Source: Methanococcoides methylutens (GTDB lineage: Archaea > Halobacteriota > Methanosarcinia > Methanosarcinales > Methanosarcinaceae). From it: a DNA stretch of 32,000 nt. The notes under the pieces are model-generated. The model saw only the letters and a list, made by a program, of their open reading frames with translations, made no database searches and was not told where the DNA came from. Made by a program: the position numbers and the translations under genes. The DNA is taken from assembly GCF_000765475.1 (NCBI RefSeq), contig NZ_JRHO01000002.1, positions 99,374 through 131,373 of the forward strand. The letters are read 5' to 3'. Shown piece by piece: positions 8,744 to 18,008 of the stretch (its first letter is position 1; each line of letters begins with the position of its first letter).

Positions 8744-9928
8744 ATGATGTCCTGTGATCTTGTGAATCAGGAGATATATAAGGGAGGGGTTTATACGGAA
8801 GATATTTTTCGATTTGCGGATGAGCTTGGACCGAGCAAGATCATCCATATATATGAACCGTCTGTTGGATTGAAAGCTGTGCTTGTGGTGGATAATGTGG
8901 CGGCAGGACCTTCAATTGGAGGAGTACGCATAGCTCCGGATGTTAGCACAGAGGAGTGTTTCCGTCTGGCAAGGGCCATGACCCTTAAGAATGCAGCTGC
9001 AGGCCTTCCCTATGGAGGAGGAAAGGCTGTTGTCTATGCTGACCCGAAGATGGATCCTGAAAAAAAGGTAGAACTTCTAAGAGCCCTGGCCTGCTCATTG
9101 AGGGAGATAGAGGAATACATCTTTGCTCCTGACATGGGTACGGATGAGGACTGCATGGCCTGTGTAAAGGATGAGATCGGCAGGGTGGTCGGATTGCCCA
9201 GAGTCCTTGGAGGAATCCCCCTGGATGAGATAGGGGCTACCGGATGGGGGCTCAGACATTCAACTGAAGTTGCCCTTGAGTTCTGTGACTTCAAACTGGA
9301 AGGAGCCAGAGTTGTGGTACAGGGATTTGGGGCAGTGGGCAAGAACGCAGCACGCTTCCTTGTGGAAAAAGGAGCAGTTGTGGTTGCAGTAGCAGATTCC
9401 AGAGGTACTTTATATAACTCAGAAGGGGTCGACGTTGATGCGTTGATAGCTTTAAAAGACTCCGGAGGAAGCGTGGTCGATTATCCCGGAGGACAGAAAC
9501 TCGAGCTCGATGCAGTCATAGATGTTGACTGTGATATATGGATCCCGGCAGCACGTCCGGATGTCCTTAATGAGGGGAATGTGCACCGCCTGAAAACAAA
9601 ACTTGTTGTTGAAGGTGCCAACATACCAATAACTCCTGAAGCTGAGAAGTACCTGCATGAGAAAGGTATCCTGTGCGTTCCGGACTTCATTGCCAACGCA
9701 GGAGGAGTGATCTGCGCTGCTATGGAATATGAGGGAGCCAGTGAATGTGCAGCACTTCAGGCCATAGAGGAGAAGATACGTCTCAATACCAGATTGGTGT
9801 TGACTGACTCAGAAAGCAAAAGTATACTTCCACGGGAGGCTGCTCTGGAGCTTGCCCTTGCAAGGGTCCACAAGGCTATGGGTTACAGACGATGGTCACT
9901 GTTCTCATCAGCTCCGGGATTCGTATAA
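8744..9928 (+). CDS. Glu/Leu/Phe/Val dehydrogenase family enzyme
   Basis: GPSIGGVRIAPDVSTEECFRLARAMTLKNAAAGLPYGGGKAVV (substrate-binding Lys region), ...VQGFGAVGKNAARFL (NAD(P) fold), PDFIANAGGVICAAMEY. ORF opens at 8696 but MMSCDLVNQEIYKGG at 8744 is a more plausible start. Confidence 0.9.
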   Translation: MMSCDLVNQEIYKGGVYTEDIFRFADELGPSKIIHIYEPSVGLKAVLVVDNVAAGPSIGGVRIAPDVSTEECFRLARAMTLKNAAAGLPYGGGKAVVYADPKMDPEKKVELLRALACSLREIEEYIFAPDMGTDEDCMACVKDEIGRVVGLPRVLGGIPLDEIGATGWGLRHSTEVALEFCDFKLEGARVVVQGFGAVGKNAARFLVEKGAVVVAVADSRGTLYNSEGVDVDALIALKDSGGSVVDYPGGQKLELDAVIDVDCDIWIPAARPDVLNEGNVHRLKTKLVVEGANIPITPEAEKYLHEKGILCVPDFIANAGGVICAAMEYEGASECAALQAIEEKIRLNTRLVLTDSESKSILPREAALELALARVHKAMGYRRWSLFSSAPGFV

Positions 9929-9949
9929 CAAAGGAGGAGGGAGGGGGAT

Positions 9950-10885
9950 TTAAGGAAGGAGCTCATGTTTCTTCCAGTACTCATCCACCATCTCCTGAAT
10001 GCTTTTTAAAGCATCCTCCTGTCTTACCGGTTTGAAAAGATGTGAAAATCGTTCCTGCTCTTTAAGGTACTCTTCCACAGGCTTGAATTTCTTCGGGACA
10101 TAAGTGTGTTCCACCTCACCATGGACAGACTCCTTTAATGGCCAGAGCCCTGTCTCAACTGAAAGCTTTGCAAGTCTGACAGATCGGGATGGATCAAATC
10201 CCCATCCGGGCGGACAGGGTATGTGAGATATGAAAAGCTTTGGACCTTTGAATTGTTCTGCTTTTTTGAACTTGTTCATCAGGTCAACAGGATATGCCGG
10301 TGAAACAGTTGCAATGTATGGCGGTTTGTGACTGTTCCAGATGTCGAACAGGTTCTTCTTTTGAAGCTGTGAACCAACCGGGACCTCCTTTCCGGGAGGG
10401 GTTGTTCCTGTCCTTGAACCAAAAGGAGATGCTCCTGAATGCTGGAAACCGGTATTTCCGTATGCTTCATTATCATAACAGATGTAGTAGAAGTCCAGGT
10501 TGCGGTAAATTGCCCCGGATGTGGAGGAGAGTGCCATATCATATGCAGAACCATCACCGGAGAGCACGACCACCTTCAGGTTCTCTTCAGGATCAAGCTT
10601 CCCTTTTTTGATCAGTATGTCCAGAGCATCCCGGACACCCTGGGCTCCTGCAGGTGCACAGGCCATTGCCGTATAAAGCCAGGAATTCCTGAATGGTGAA
10701 AATGGATAGATGGTAAGAAGGGTAAAACATCCTGCTGCATTTACGATGACGATCTTATCACCCAGTGCCTTCAGGCAATACCTCAATGTCAGGAGACCGC
10801 CACAGCCTGCACATGCAGCAGTCCCTGGCAGCATGTTCTCTTCAGGTGGCAGTTCCTTTATGGATCTGATGGTTGATGTATCCAT
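9950..10885 (-). CDS. 2-oxoacid:ferredoxin oxidoreductase beta subunit (PorB/VorB-like, TPP-binding)
   Basis: MLPGTAACAGCGGLLTLRYCLKALGDK...VVLSGDGSAYDMALSSTSGAIYRNLDFYYICYDNEAYGNTGFQHSGASPFGSRTGTTPPGK; GDG-Nx TPP motif. Confidence 0.92.
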   Translation of the reverse strand: MDTSTIRSIKELPPEENMLPGTAACAGCGGLLTLRYCLKALGDKIVIVNAAGCFTLLTIYPFSPFRNSWLYTAMACAPAGAQGVRDALDILIKKGKLDPEENLKVVVLSGDGSAYDMALSSTSGAIYRNLDFYYICYDNEAYGNTGFQHSGASPFGSRTGTTPPGKEVPVGSQLQKKNLFDIWNSHKPPYIATVSPAYPVDLMNKFKKAEQFKGPKLFISHIPCPPGWGFDPSRSVRLAKLSVETGLWPLKESVHGEVEHTYVPKKFKPVEEYLKEQERFSHLFKPVRQEDALKSIQEMVDEYWKKHELLP

Positions 10886-10889
10886 ATCT

Positions 10890-12110
10890 TTATTCCTTCC
10901 CTGCGATCTCTTTCAGTTTTGTTATGCCTTCCAACTCACTTTCCGTATAGAGTAGAGAAGGAGGTTCAACAATTCCAGTATCCGATGCACTGATCATTTT
11001 CTCAAAGATAAACTCGAACTCTTTCTGGCTGATGTTCTTGCCTCCAAGTCCTCCAATGAAAGATAGCAAAAGAGGCCTGTCAATCTCATTGTACAAGCAA
11101 CCTGCCATCTCTGAATAGATGATACCTCCCTTTCCTACGCTGATGTTCTGGTCGATGACAGCCACAGCTTTCTTTCCTTTCAATGCGTTCTTTATTTCAG
11201 ATTCCGGAAATGGCCTTAAGAACCTCGGCCTTAATAAGCCGGCTTTGACCCCATCCTCCCGTGCCCTTTTCACAGCAGCCTTCCCGAGAGTTGAGAATGA
11301 GTTTGTCATCACAAGGATATATTCGGCATCTTCCATCATATATTCGTCAATGACCTCGTATTTCCTGCCAAATATCCTTTCAAAATCATCACAGACCTCT
11401 TTGTAGATCTCAAGAGCATTCTGACTTGCAAGGTGCATCTGGTACTTGAAATAAGAATAATAATCCCCGCCAAGGACCGCTACTCCCTGGGCCATTGGCC
11501 TGGCTGCCTTGAAAAAGGCATGTTCCGGCCTGTATTCTGGCAGGAAACTCCTGACCTTCTCCACATCAGGGATCTCCACAGCTTCCCTGGTAAATGAAAG
11601 GTAAAAACCGTCCATGTTAACCATCACCGGCAGGAGCACACGCTCATCCTCTGCCAGCCTGTATGCCATCAGGACAGAATCAAGTACCTCCTGGCAGGTC
11701 TCGCAATGGATCTGCAGGAATCCCGAATCCCGGACTGCCAGAATATCGTTATGGTCCGGACCCAGGGTGATCGGTGAGGATAAACCCCTCGATACGTTGA
11801 CCATCACCAGAGGAACCCTCCACCCTGCCACTGTATATATCATCTCAAAACCATACAGCAGTCCCTGGCTGGACGTAGTCGTAAAGGTCCTGGCACCGGT
11901 AGCTGAAGCAGCCCCTGCAGCCGTGATCATGGAATGTTCCGAGTCCATGGTGACAAAACTCGCATCCATAGACCCATCGGATATCCACTTTGCAATTGTC
12001 TCAATTATCTCAGTCTGGGGAGTTATAGGATATGCCGGAATATAATCCACCTCTGCCAGTCGCACTCCCCAGGCAGCAGCACTGTTACCGGTAAGCATCT
12101 CTTTTCCCAT
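10890..12110 (-). CDS. 2-oxoacid:ferredoxin oxidoreductase alpha subunit (PorA/VorA-like)
   Basis: MLTGNSAAAWGVRLAEVDYIPAYPITPQTEIIETIAKW...SEHSMITAAGAASATGARTFTTTSSQGLLYGFEMIY. Confidence 0.93.
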   Translation of the reverse strand: MGKEMLTGNSAAAWGVRLAEVDYIPAYPITPQTEIIETIAKWISDGSMDASFVTMDSEHSMITAAGAASATGARTFTTTSSQGLLYGFEMIYTVAGWRVPLVMVNVSRGLSSPITLGPDHNDILAVRDSGFLQIHCETCQEVLDSVLMAYRLAEDERVLLPVMVNMDGFYLSFTREAVEIPDVEKVRSFLPEYRPEHAFFKAARPMAQGVAVLGGDYYSYFKYQMHLASQNALEIYKEVCDDFERIFGRKYEVIDEYMMEDAEYILVMTNSFSTLGKAAVKRAREDGVKAGLLRPRFLRPFPESEIKNALKGKKAVAVIDQNISVGKGGIIYSEMAGCLYNEIDRPLLLSFIGGLGGKNISQKEFEFIFEKMISASDTGIVEPPSLLYTESELEGITKLKEIAGKE

Positions 12111-13021
12111 TATTGATCCCCCTCTTCGGACCGGGAGTGAATCTCCCGAACTTTAGTGATAGCTTTTACCGGACATTCCTCGGCGCATACCAAACATCCC
12201 TTACAATTGTCATAATCCGCATACGGATAGCCGTCTTCGTTCAGCCGGATACAACCCTCAGGACACCTGGAAACACAGGTCATACACCTGGTGCAGATGT
12301 CATAATTCCAGACAGGTCTGAACACACGCCAGTTTCCTGTTCTTCGCAAGGGAGTATTGCCGGTAGCATTTATGGCAGGACTGGATACACGGGCAGTTTC
12401 AAAAGGTAATGTGATAACATTCTCTTTTTCCCTGATTGTCTCAGCAGTTTTTACCTGGACCGGTACTAAAGTATTGTAACAATAAAGTGCAGCCTCTGTA
12501 TTTTTTCCTAGAAGATCTCTGTCCGATATGATTCCGGATAGTTCCTTTTCCAGGGCACCCTTTAAAGCCTCCTCCCCAATACCAGCGATCCTGGAAGCAA
12601 CACCAGCTGCAAGGCTGCTGAGGACGGACTTTCCGATCATATCAAGGCTGACCTTTGTGATATCCAGTGTGATCACATGGTCTTCGATCCCGTACTCTTC
12701 CTTTGTTTCAAGAGGACTAAGAGGTGTGTTTACAAAAACAATACCACCTTTTTTAAGTCCTGATAATGGCATAGCTTGAGGATCCGAGAGTAAGGTTTCG
12801 TCCATAACGATCACAATATCAGGATCAGAAACTAAGCCCCGCTCCATGATATCATCTCTTGATATACGGGTAAACGCAGTGATAGGTGCCCCTCTTCTCT
12901 CGGCACCATATAACGGGAAATCCTGAGCATTGTAACCATCCAGAAATGCAGCAGTACCGAGCACTCTGCTGGCAACCTTTGCTCCCTGGCCACCCCTGCC
13001 ATGGAATCTTAATCTGAGCAT
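12110..13021 (-). CDS. 2-oxoacid:ferredoxin oxidoreductase fused gamma-delta subunit
   Basis: N-term MLRLRFHGRGGQGAKVASRVLGTAAFLDGY (gamma) followed by C-term CTRCMTCVSRCPEGC...CKGCLVCAEECP (2x[4Fe-4S] delta); stop/start overlap with the alpha gene (TAATG). Confidence 0.93.
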   Translation of the reverse strand: MLRLRFHGRGGQGAKVASRVLGTAAFLDGYNAQDFPLYGAERRGAPITAFTRISRDDIMERGLVSDPDIVIVMDETLLSDPQAMPLSGLKKGGIVFVNTPLSPLETKEEYGIEDHVITLDITKVSLDMIGKSVLSSLAAGVASRIAGIGEEALKGALEKELSGIISDRDLLGKNTEAALYCYNTLVPVQVKTAETIREKENVITLPFETARVSSPAINATGNTPLRRTGNWRVFRPVWNYDICTRCMTCVSRCPEGCIRLNEDGYPYADYDNCKGCLVCAEECPVKAITKVREIHSRSEEGDQ

Positions 13022-13373
13022 TTATACTCCCCAGTATATTTAGGGACTTTATGTGTATAAATATCCTCTCATTGTTTATTTGATCTATATGGGTCGATGA
13101 CATCAGGGTATTTTATGATGCCTGAGAGGATGATTCTGGATATGACTTATGTTAAATGAAAGAACATGGGATCTCCGAAGGCGATTTTACATTATATGAT
13201 GGAGAATACAAAAAGTGATGGATCGTTGACCCTAACAATCAGGCACTTAAGCGGTTGGAGAAATTGGGTGAGTGTTATTAATATTTAGTTTAATATTTTT
13301 TACACAGTCAAATTGATATAGTCTGCTGTACAATAATTATACGGGTACTTAACTAATGGAGCAGGGGTAAAGC

Positions 13374-13649
13374 ATGGATATGAAGGAGCTGGAAGGTCTG
13401 GTCTTTTGCCAGAGTTGTGGAATGCCTTTGGGGAAGGACGAGGATTTTGGAACCAATGCAGATGGTTCAAAGAGTGAAGAATATTGCAATTATTGTTACC
13501 AGAATGGCGAGTTCACACAGCCCAACATTACTTTGGATGAAATGATAGAGCAATGCTCCAAAGCAATTGATGAAAATGGGATCATGTCACTGGAAGAAGC
13601 AAAAAAGATTAGCCAACAGAATCTTCCAAAATTAAAGAGATGGAAGTAA
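13374..13649 (+). CDS. putative zinc-ribbon domain protein
   Basis: LVFCQSCGMPLGKDEDFGTNADGSKSEEYCNYCYQNGEFTQPNITLDEMIEQC; CxxC...CxxC. Confidence 0.85.
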   Translation: MDMKELEGLVFCQSCGMPLGKDEDFGTNADGSKSEEYCNYCYQNGEFTQPNITLDEMIEQCSKAIDENGIMSLEEAKKISQQNLPKLKRWK

Positions 13650-13857
13650 TTTTTAGTTTTGCTCTCAACACTCATGTAAAGGAGAGATCGAAGAATTAGG
13701 GTGATAGCTATCGCTATGCCCGACACCCCTATCAAATAAACTTTAGTGGCAAAGTATAATTAGAAACATTAACAGATGATCCATTTCAACTTGTAAGAAT
13801 TACTTATTAAGATGAAAATTGGAACGATTATCAGTCTAAGATCAAGGAGAACTTTTT

Positions 13858-14721
13858 ATGAGTGGATTCTTCCCCCTGAAGTATATTGAAAACAAAAGCA
13901 GAATACTTGTCAATACTCCATTGTACTTTTTTCTGTTCATGCTTTGTACAATACTTGGTATTCTTGCATATTATATCCAGACAAAGGATGAATTTGCTCC
14001 TGCAGTTATACTCTCTGTATTATGGATCGTTTTTTGGAAGAACAGCAAAATTGAAGGAAAAACGTTGCTTTTGATAGCATCCATTTTTGGTTTCATACAT
14101 GAATTATTGGGCGTACAATACGGATATTTTACATACATCAGTGGTGTATTAGGAAATGTTCCGCTTTGGATATTACCCGGGTATGGAGCAATATTCTGGT
14201 CAGCTCACAACCTCTGGAAGATATTCGAAAAACAATATTCAAGATCCAAGTGGTTCAATTTTACAGATCATTTCGTCATCTTAAGTTTTATTCTGCTTAT
14301 ACTGGCAGATTTCATACTCTTTGATCTGACAAAGAACCCCCTGATCATATCTATTAAATTTATAGCTTCATTTATGCTGTTTACAAATTTAAGCCTTTTA
14401 AGACTTGCATACTTTACAGGATTCTTCACTCTTCTTAATGAAATTGCAGGAGAAACACTTGGAACATGGTCACATCCGGATTTTTCACTACTTTCCCTGA
14501 TAGCAGGATACGTTTTCCTTCTCTGGATATGCCTTTCGATCGCCGAAGTAAAAGAAGCAAGGAAAACAAAATATCATGAAAATGATCAACTCATAAGTTA
14601 CATATCCGCATTGAAAGGACTTGTGAACGGAGAGAAAGGATGGACTAAACGAGAGGCAACTGCTGCATTTTTAATGATATTCCTCTATACTTTGGGTTTA
14701 CTTGGGCTGATCAGGGTCTAA
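13858..14721 (+). CDS. uncharacterized multi-pass membrane protein
   Basis: 287 aa, about 8 hydrophobic segments, conserved-looking loop GFIHELLGVQYGYFTYISGVLGNVPLWILPGYGAIFW. Confidence 0.7.
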   Translation: MSGFFPLKYIENKSRILVNTPLYFFLFMLCTILGILAYYIQTKDEFAPAVILSVLWIVFWKNSKIEGKTLLLIASIFGFIHELLGVQYGYFTYISGVLGNVPLWILPGYGAIFWSAHNLWKIFEKQYSRSKWFNFTDHFVILSFILLILADFILFDLTKNPLIISIKFIASFMLFTNLSLLRLAYFTGFFTLLNEIAGETLGTWSHPDFSLLSLIAGYVFLLWICLSIAEVKEARKTKYHENDQLISYISALKGLVNGEKGWTKREATAAFLMIFLYTLGLLGLIRV

Positions 14722-14974
14722 GCATATTATTGTCCTGATAATGAGGAATATCTTATTTTTTAATATTCATTAAATGAAATATTATTACTTTTTACAGCAA
14801 CTTTTTTTGGAACAATTCAATATCCTTTACATTAAGACTAACTGAAAATGCGCCTAATTCCATTGTTCCCACCTTTTAATTCCCTTAACAAAGAATATCT
14901 TAGTTTTTTATATATCCATTTTTGCACGATATGGAGCAGAATACCAAACCTAAAACACACTGTAAACTCTTACC

Positions 14975-15604
14975 TCACTCTTCCAGCGACTCCATAATTG
15001 CATAGAAATACTGCGTCTTATGAGTAACATATAACTGACACCATGCTTCAAGGGTCTGAGCCGAAAATACATCCAGGTTCCTGATAACTTCCTTTGCGAA
15101 TTCAAGAGGGGCAATCCCTGAGGCAGTTATAAGGTTACCATCAGTCACAGCAGGCTCCTGACGATAAAATGATTCTCCGGTGTAATCGGGACAGACCGTT
15201 TTCAGGTAATCCAGATCATTACTTGTATGGAGTCTGTTATCCAGAAGGCCGGCTTTAGCAAAACCCAGAGTTGCACCACATATGGCACCAACAGTGATAC
15301 CTGCATCCAGGAACTCCTTTGCTTTCTCCAGTATTGGCGTGTGAATATCTTCAAGCCAGGTATCGCCACCTGGCAGGATCAGCACTCCGGCATCGTCAGT
15401 CATTAATTCATCAAGGCTAATGTCTGGCTCAATGCGCAACCCACCCATGGTAACAACAGGCTCTTTTGTAATACCTACTGTCCTGACCGTGTATTCGCTT
15501 GTATTCTTCCTGAAATAACGGCCGGAATTCAATTCAGCGATCAGGTAACTCGGCTCCCAGTCGGCCATCGTGTTAAGAACGTAAAGATAAGCTATTTTAG
15601 TCAT
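14975..15604 (-). CDS. DJ-1/PfpI family (type 1 glutamine amidotransferase-like) protein
   Basis: MTKIAYLYVLNTMADWEPSYLIAEL...GVLILPGGDTW...AGITVGAICGATLGFAKAGLLDNRLHTSN; nucleophile elbow AICGAT. ORF opens at 15670; MTKIAYL at 15604 is the more likely start. Confidence 0.85.
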   Translation of the reverse strand: MTKIAYLYVLNTMADWEPSYLIAELNSGRYFRKNTSEYTVRTVGITKEPVVTMGGLRIEPDISLDELMTDDAGVLILPGGDTWLEDIHTPILEKAKEFLDAGITVGAICGATLGFAKAGLLDNRLHTSNDLDYLKTVCPDYTGESFYRQEPAVTDGNLITASGIAPLEFAKEVIRNLDVFSAQTLEAWCQLYVTHKTQYFYAIMESLEE

Positions 15605-15734
15605 TATATTACTCCTGATTTTGATATGTGATTCTATATTTTCATTTACTAAACTGACTTGTAGGTACAAAACTATTTTTGAAATTTACTTTAGGCAGGA
15701 TTCCAGGCAGTTGAGGATGAAGAATAGTTCTTGG

Positions 15735-16011
15735 GGTTCTGTACTGTTGCTCAAGGCAAGGGAGCTTAGTCATCATCTTGTTGGGAAGAAGAAAAACGGT
15801 TGAGTTCAGTAAGCCTGCTTATATGGGCAAGAGGGATGATTCTGATCTATTGAGGAAGAAGATCATTGACATGCCTTATACCGAATGGAAGAAAATGGGA
15901 TTCTCTAAGGGTACTTTGCACCACATGAAGCAGAATACCAGGAGTGATAACCCGTTCACTCTCAATGCTTATGAGAGGGAAAAATTGGAGAATTGGAATA
16001 ATATGCTTTGA
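15735..16011 (+). pseudogene. frameshifted C-terminal fragment resembling Cas1
   Basis: Frame A SVLLLKARELSHHLVGKKK (15738-~15794) continues in frame B GRRKTVEFSKPAYMGKRDDSDLLRKKIIDMPYTEWKKMGFSKGTLHHMKQNTRSDNPFTLNAYEREKLENW (to 16011); resembles the Cas1 C-terminal HTH tail from memory; no N-terminal catalytic domain. Confidence 0.45.
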
Positions 16012-16028
16012 AACAACTGTAATAATCA

Positions 16029-17831
16029 TCAGATTTTTATTATCTTAACACCAGTTAAAAGTTCATAGTAATGCTTAGTGGGTAATTCCCAGTTCATCTC
16101 TCCAGCGAGAAGATATGCCTCTTCGCATAAAAGGTTGTATTTTACCTTATCATGAAGATAGCTATCCAAAAAGTAGTCCATAGCGATAGCGTAATCCACG
16201 ATGGTTTCATTGTATGATACATCAACATTATCTACTACAACTACACCCCCCATACCCGGAACCAAAGTTTTGACAGTTTTCAGAGCATCGCTAAAACCAC
16301 ATACTTTGCTAACAATACTGGGAGTGTATTCCTTGCCAGCCTCAAGTCCTGTTAACAGGAATGGATCATATCTCGAAGGAAATACTCCTGCAATACACCC
16401 CGTCATGAACTCATCATGGTTCATATTCAAACCCTCATCGTGGTCTGATAACCATTGAGGATATAACACAGCTGAAACACATCTTCTACCACTTGGAAGA
16501 TTTGAGCATTCAAGCCCTCTCTCTTCAATCATCTTCTGGAGTCTGAGCTCTTCTCCAATAAGTACTTCTTTTGGAAGATTTATTGGAAAACCTAAAGGCA
16601 AATTCGTCTTTTGTCCATGGGCTGTAACCAAAAAGCATACGACTCGTACATCTTCATCAAGCTTACCCATGAGTATTTCGGATTTTACCATACGATCAAG
16701 CAAAACCAGAGAATCAAGCAAATCGGGGTATCCTTTGTTTTCGATCTCTATTCTTGAAATCGAAAATATGGGGATCACTTTTTTTGGAGATGACTGTTCA
16801 CCATCATGATATTTATACAGATTATCGGACAAAAACATCTGGATCTTTTCACGACACTGCTTTTTCTTTTCCCAGTCAAGACCATCGTTTTCAATAAGAA
16901 TTCCATTTCTAACCAGTATCCCGGAAACCCCATAAAAAAGCTTCACTTCTTTCCTTGTAGATTCGCCCACAGCTGTTACCACATCAGCATACTTTGAAAG
17001 AGATTCCAATTCAGCTAGGTTCCTGGGTACACCTTCTGACCATGAACTATCGTTGTTGCGTATTTTCTGTATTGCGTAATGCCCAGCTACTCTTCCAGGC
17101 AGTGTAGCGTGGTATGTAGCTACTGTTTTCAATGGTAAACATATTTTCTTGAGTCTTGCAATGGCATAGAAAACTGAAAATTCGTGACAATGAAGAGATA
17201 ACTGTATGTTTGAATCAGCAGGTCTTTTTGTTTCAGAGAGATGTATATTTTTATATTCTTTAAGTTTTTTCTGACTTATTTTAAAAAGTTCACATATAAA
17301 TTCAGAAATGGCATACGATAAATTAAGATAATGGCAATATTCAGTTCCATTATCCATATTCTCATAGGTTAATGAATCAAGTCCCAGTAATTCATATGCT
17401 TCACTTTTTACTTTGTTTTCAAGGGACATGTCAACCCCTTTATATTCTGCAGGCACTCTGCTAAAAGTTTCTGTATTAAACAGCAAGTAAATTATTTCAA
17501 GATTGCTGATTTTTCTAACTCCACTTATGGCATCAATACCGGACAATCTAAGAGTTTCAATGGCTGCAGATACATCTTCATCATTGCGGAACTCCTCTAA
17601 TTCACTTATATCAGTAATCCTGTTGAGACCTTTGTTCCAGTCAGCTCCACTATGACCATAATATGGACCAACTACAATTATCTTTGGCATCGATTCATCT
17701 TTAATTTCTTTGGAATCAATAAGTGATGCCAGAGTTGTAGCTTCTGCATCGATAACATCCCAGATTCCCCCCATCTTGTTAGATCTGGGTCCAGCCTCTT
17801 CTCCGGCAATAATTAACCATTTCTTTCCCAT
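16029..17831 (-). CDS. glycogen/starch synthase-like glycosyltransferase (GT3/GT5-like)
   Basis: 600 aa: NKMGGIWDVIDAEATTLASLI...IIVVGPYYG...LHCHEFSVFYAIARLKKICLPLKTVATYHATLPGRVAGHYA...ADVVTAVGESTRKEV...VRNGI...GVFPSRYDPFLLTGLEAGKEYTPSIVSKVCGFSDAL. Confidence 0.75.
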   Translation of the reverse strand: MGKKWLIIAGEEAGPRSNKMGGIWDVIDAEATTLASLIDSKEIKDESMPKIIVVGPYYGHSGADWNKGLNRITDISELEEFRNDEDVSAAIETLRLSGIDAISGVRKISNLEIIYLLFNTETFSRVPAEYKGVDMSLENKVKSEAYELLGLDSLTYENMDNGTEYCHYLNLSYAISEFICELFKISQKKLKEYKNIHLSETKRPADSNIQLSLHCHEFSVFYAIARLKKICLPLKTVATYHATLPGRVAGHYAIQKIRNNDSSWSEGVPRNLAELESLSKYADVVTAVGESTRKEVKLFYGVSGILVRNGILIENDGLDWEKKKQCREKIQMFLSDNLYKYHDGEQSSPKKVIPIFSISRIEIENKGYPDLLDSLVLLDRMVKSEILMGKLDEDVRVVCFLVTAHGQKTNLPLGFPINLPKEVLIGEELRLQKMIEERGLECSNLPSGRRCVSAVLYPQWLSDHDEGLNMNHDEFMTGCIAGVFPSRYDPFLLTGLEAGKEYTPSIVSKVCGFSDALKTVKTLVPGMGGVVVVDNVDVSYNETIVDYAIAMDYFLDSYLHDKVKYNLLCEEAYLLAGEMNWELPTKHYYELLTGVKIIKI

Positions 17832-18008
17832 AATTTGGTTCCCCGCACAAATGAAATTTGTCTATCCTCGTATAAATCAAAAATGGTTTTGATATGAAGT
17901 GTTTATTTCATCCAGTATAAATTTGCCATTATTATCTGAAACTACTGGCCAAACCCGAAACATAACCGATTAATAAAAATTTTTATTCAGAACTGATTAT
18001 AATTCACT

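Noticed and set aside
8791-9696. Antisense ORFs inside the Glu/Leu/Phe/Val dehydrogenase gene
   Set aside because: Opposite a strongly conserved gene and rich in Ser/Pro/Thr, typical of antisense translation.
10279-12779. Plus-strand and alternate-frame ORFs inside the 2-oxoacid oxidoreductase operon
   Set aside because: All overlap the confidently assigned alpha/beta/gamma-delta genes; no independent motifs.
13198-13300. Tiny ORF (MMENTKSDGSLTLTIRHLSG...) upstream of the zinc-ribbon gene
   Set aside because: Too short, no conserved motif or ribosome-binding context; probably noise.
15735-16029. CRISPR array next to the Cas1-like relic
   Set aside because: No regularly spaced direct repeats of 25-40 bp visible here or elsewhere in the window.
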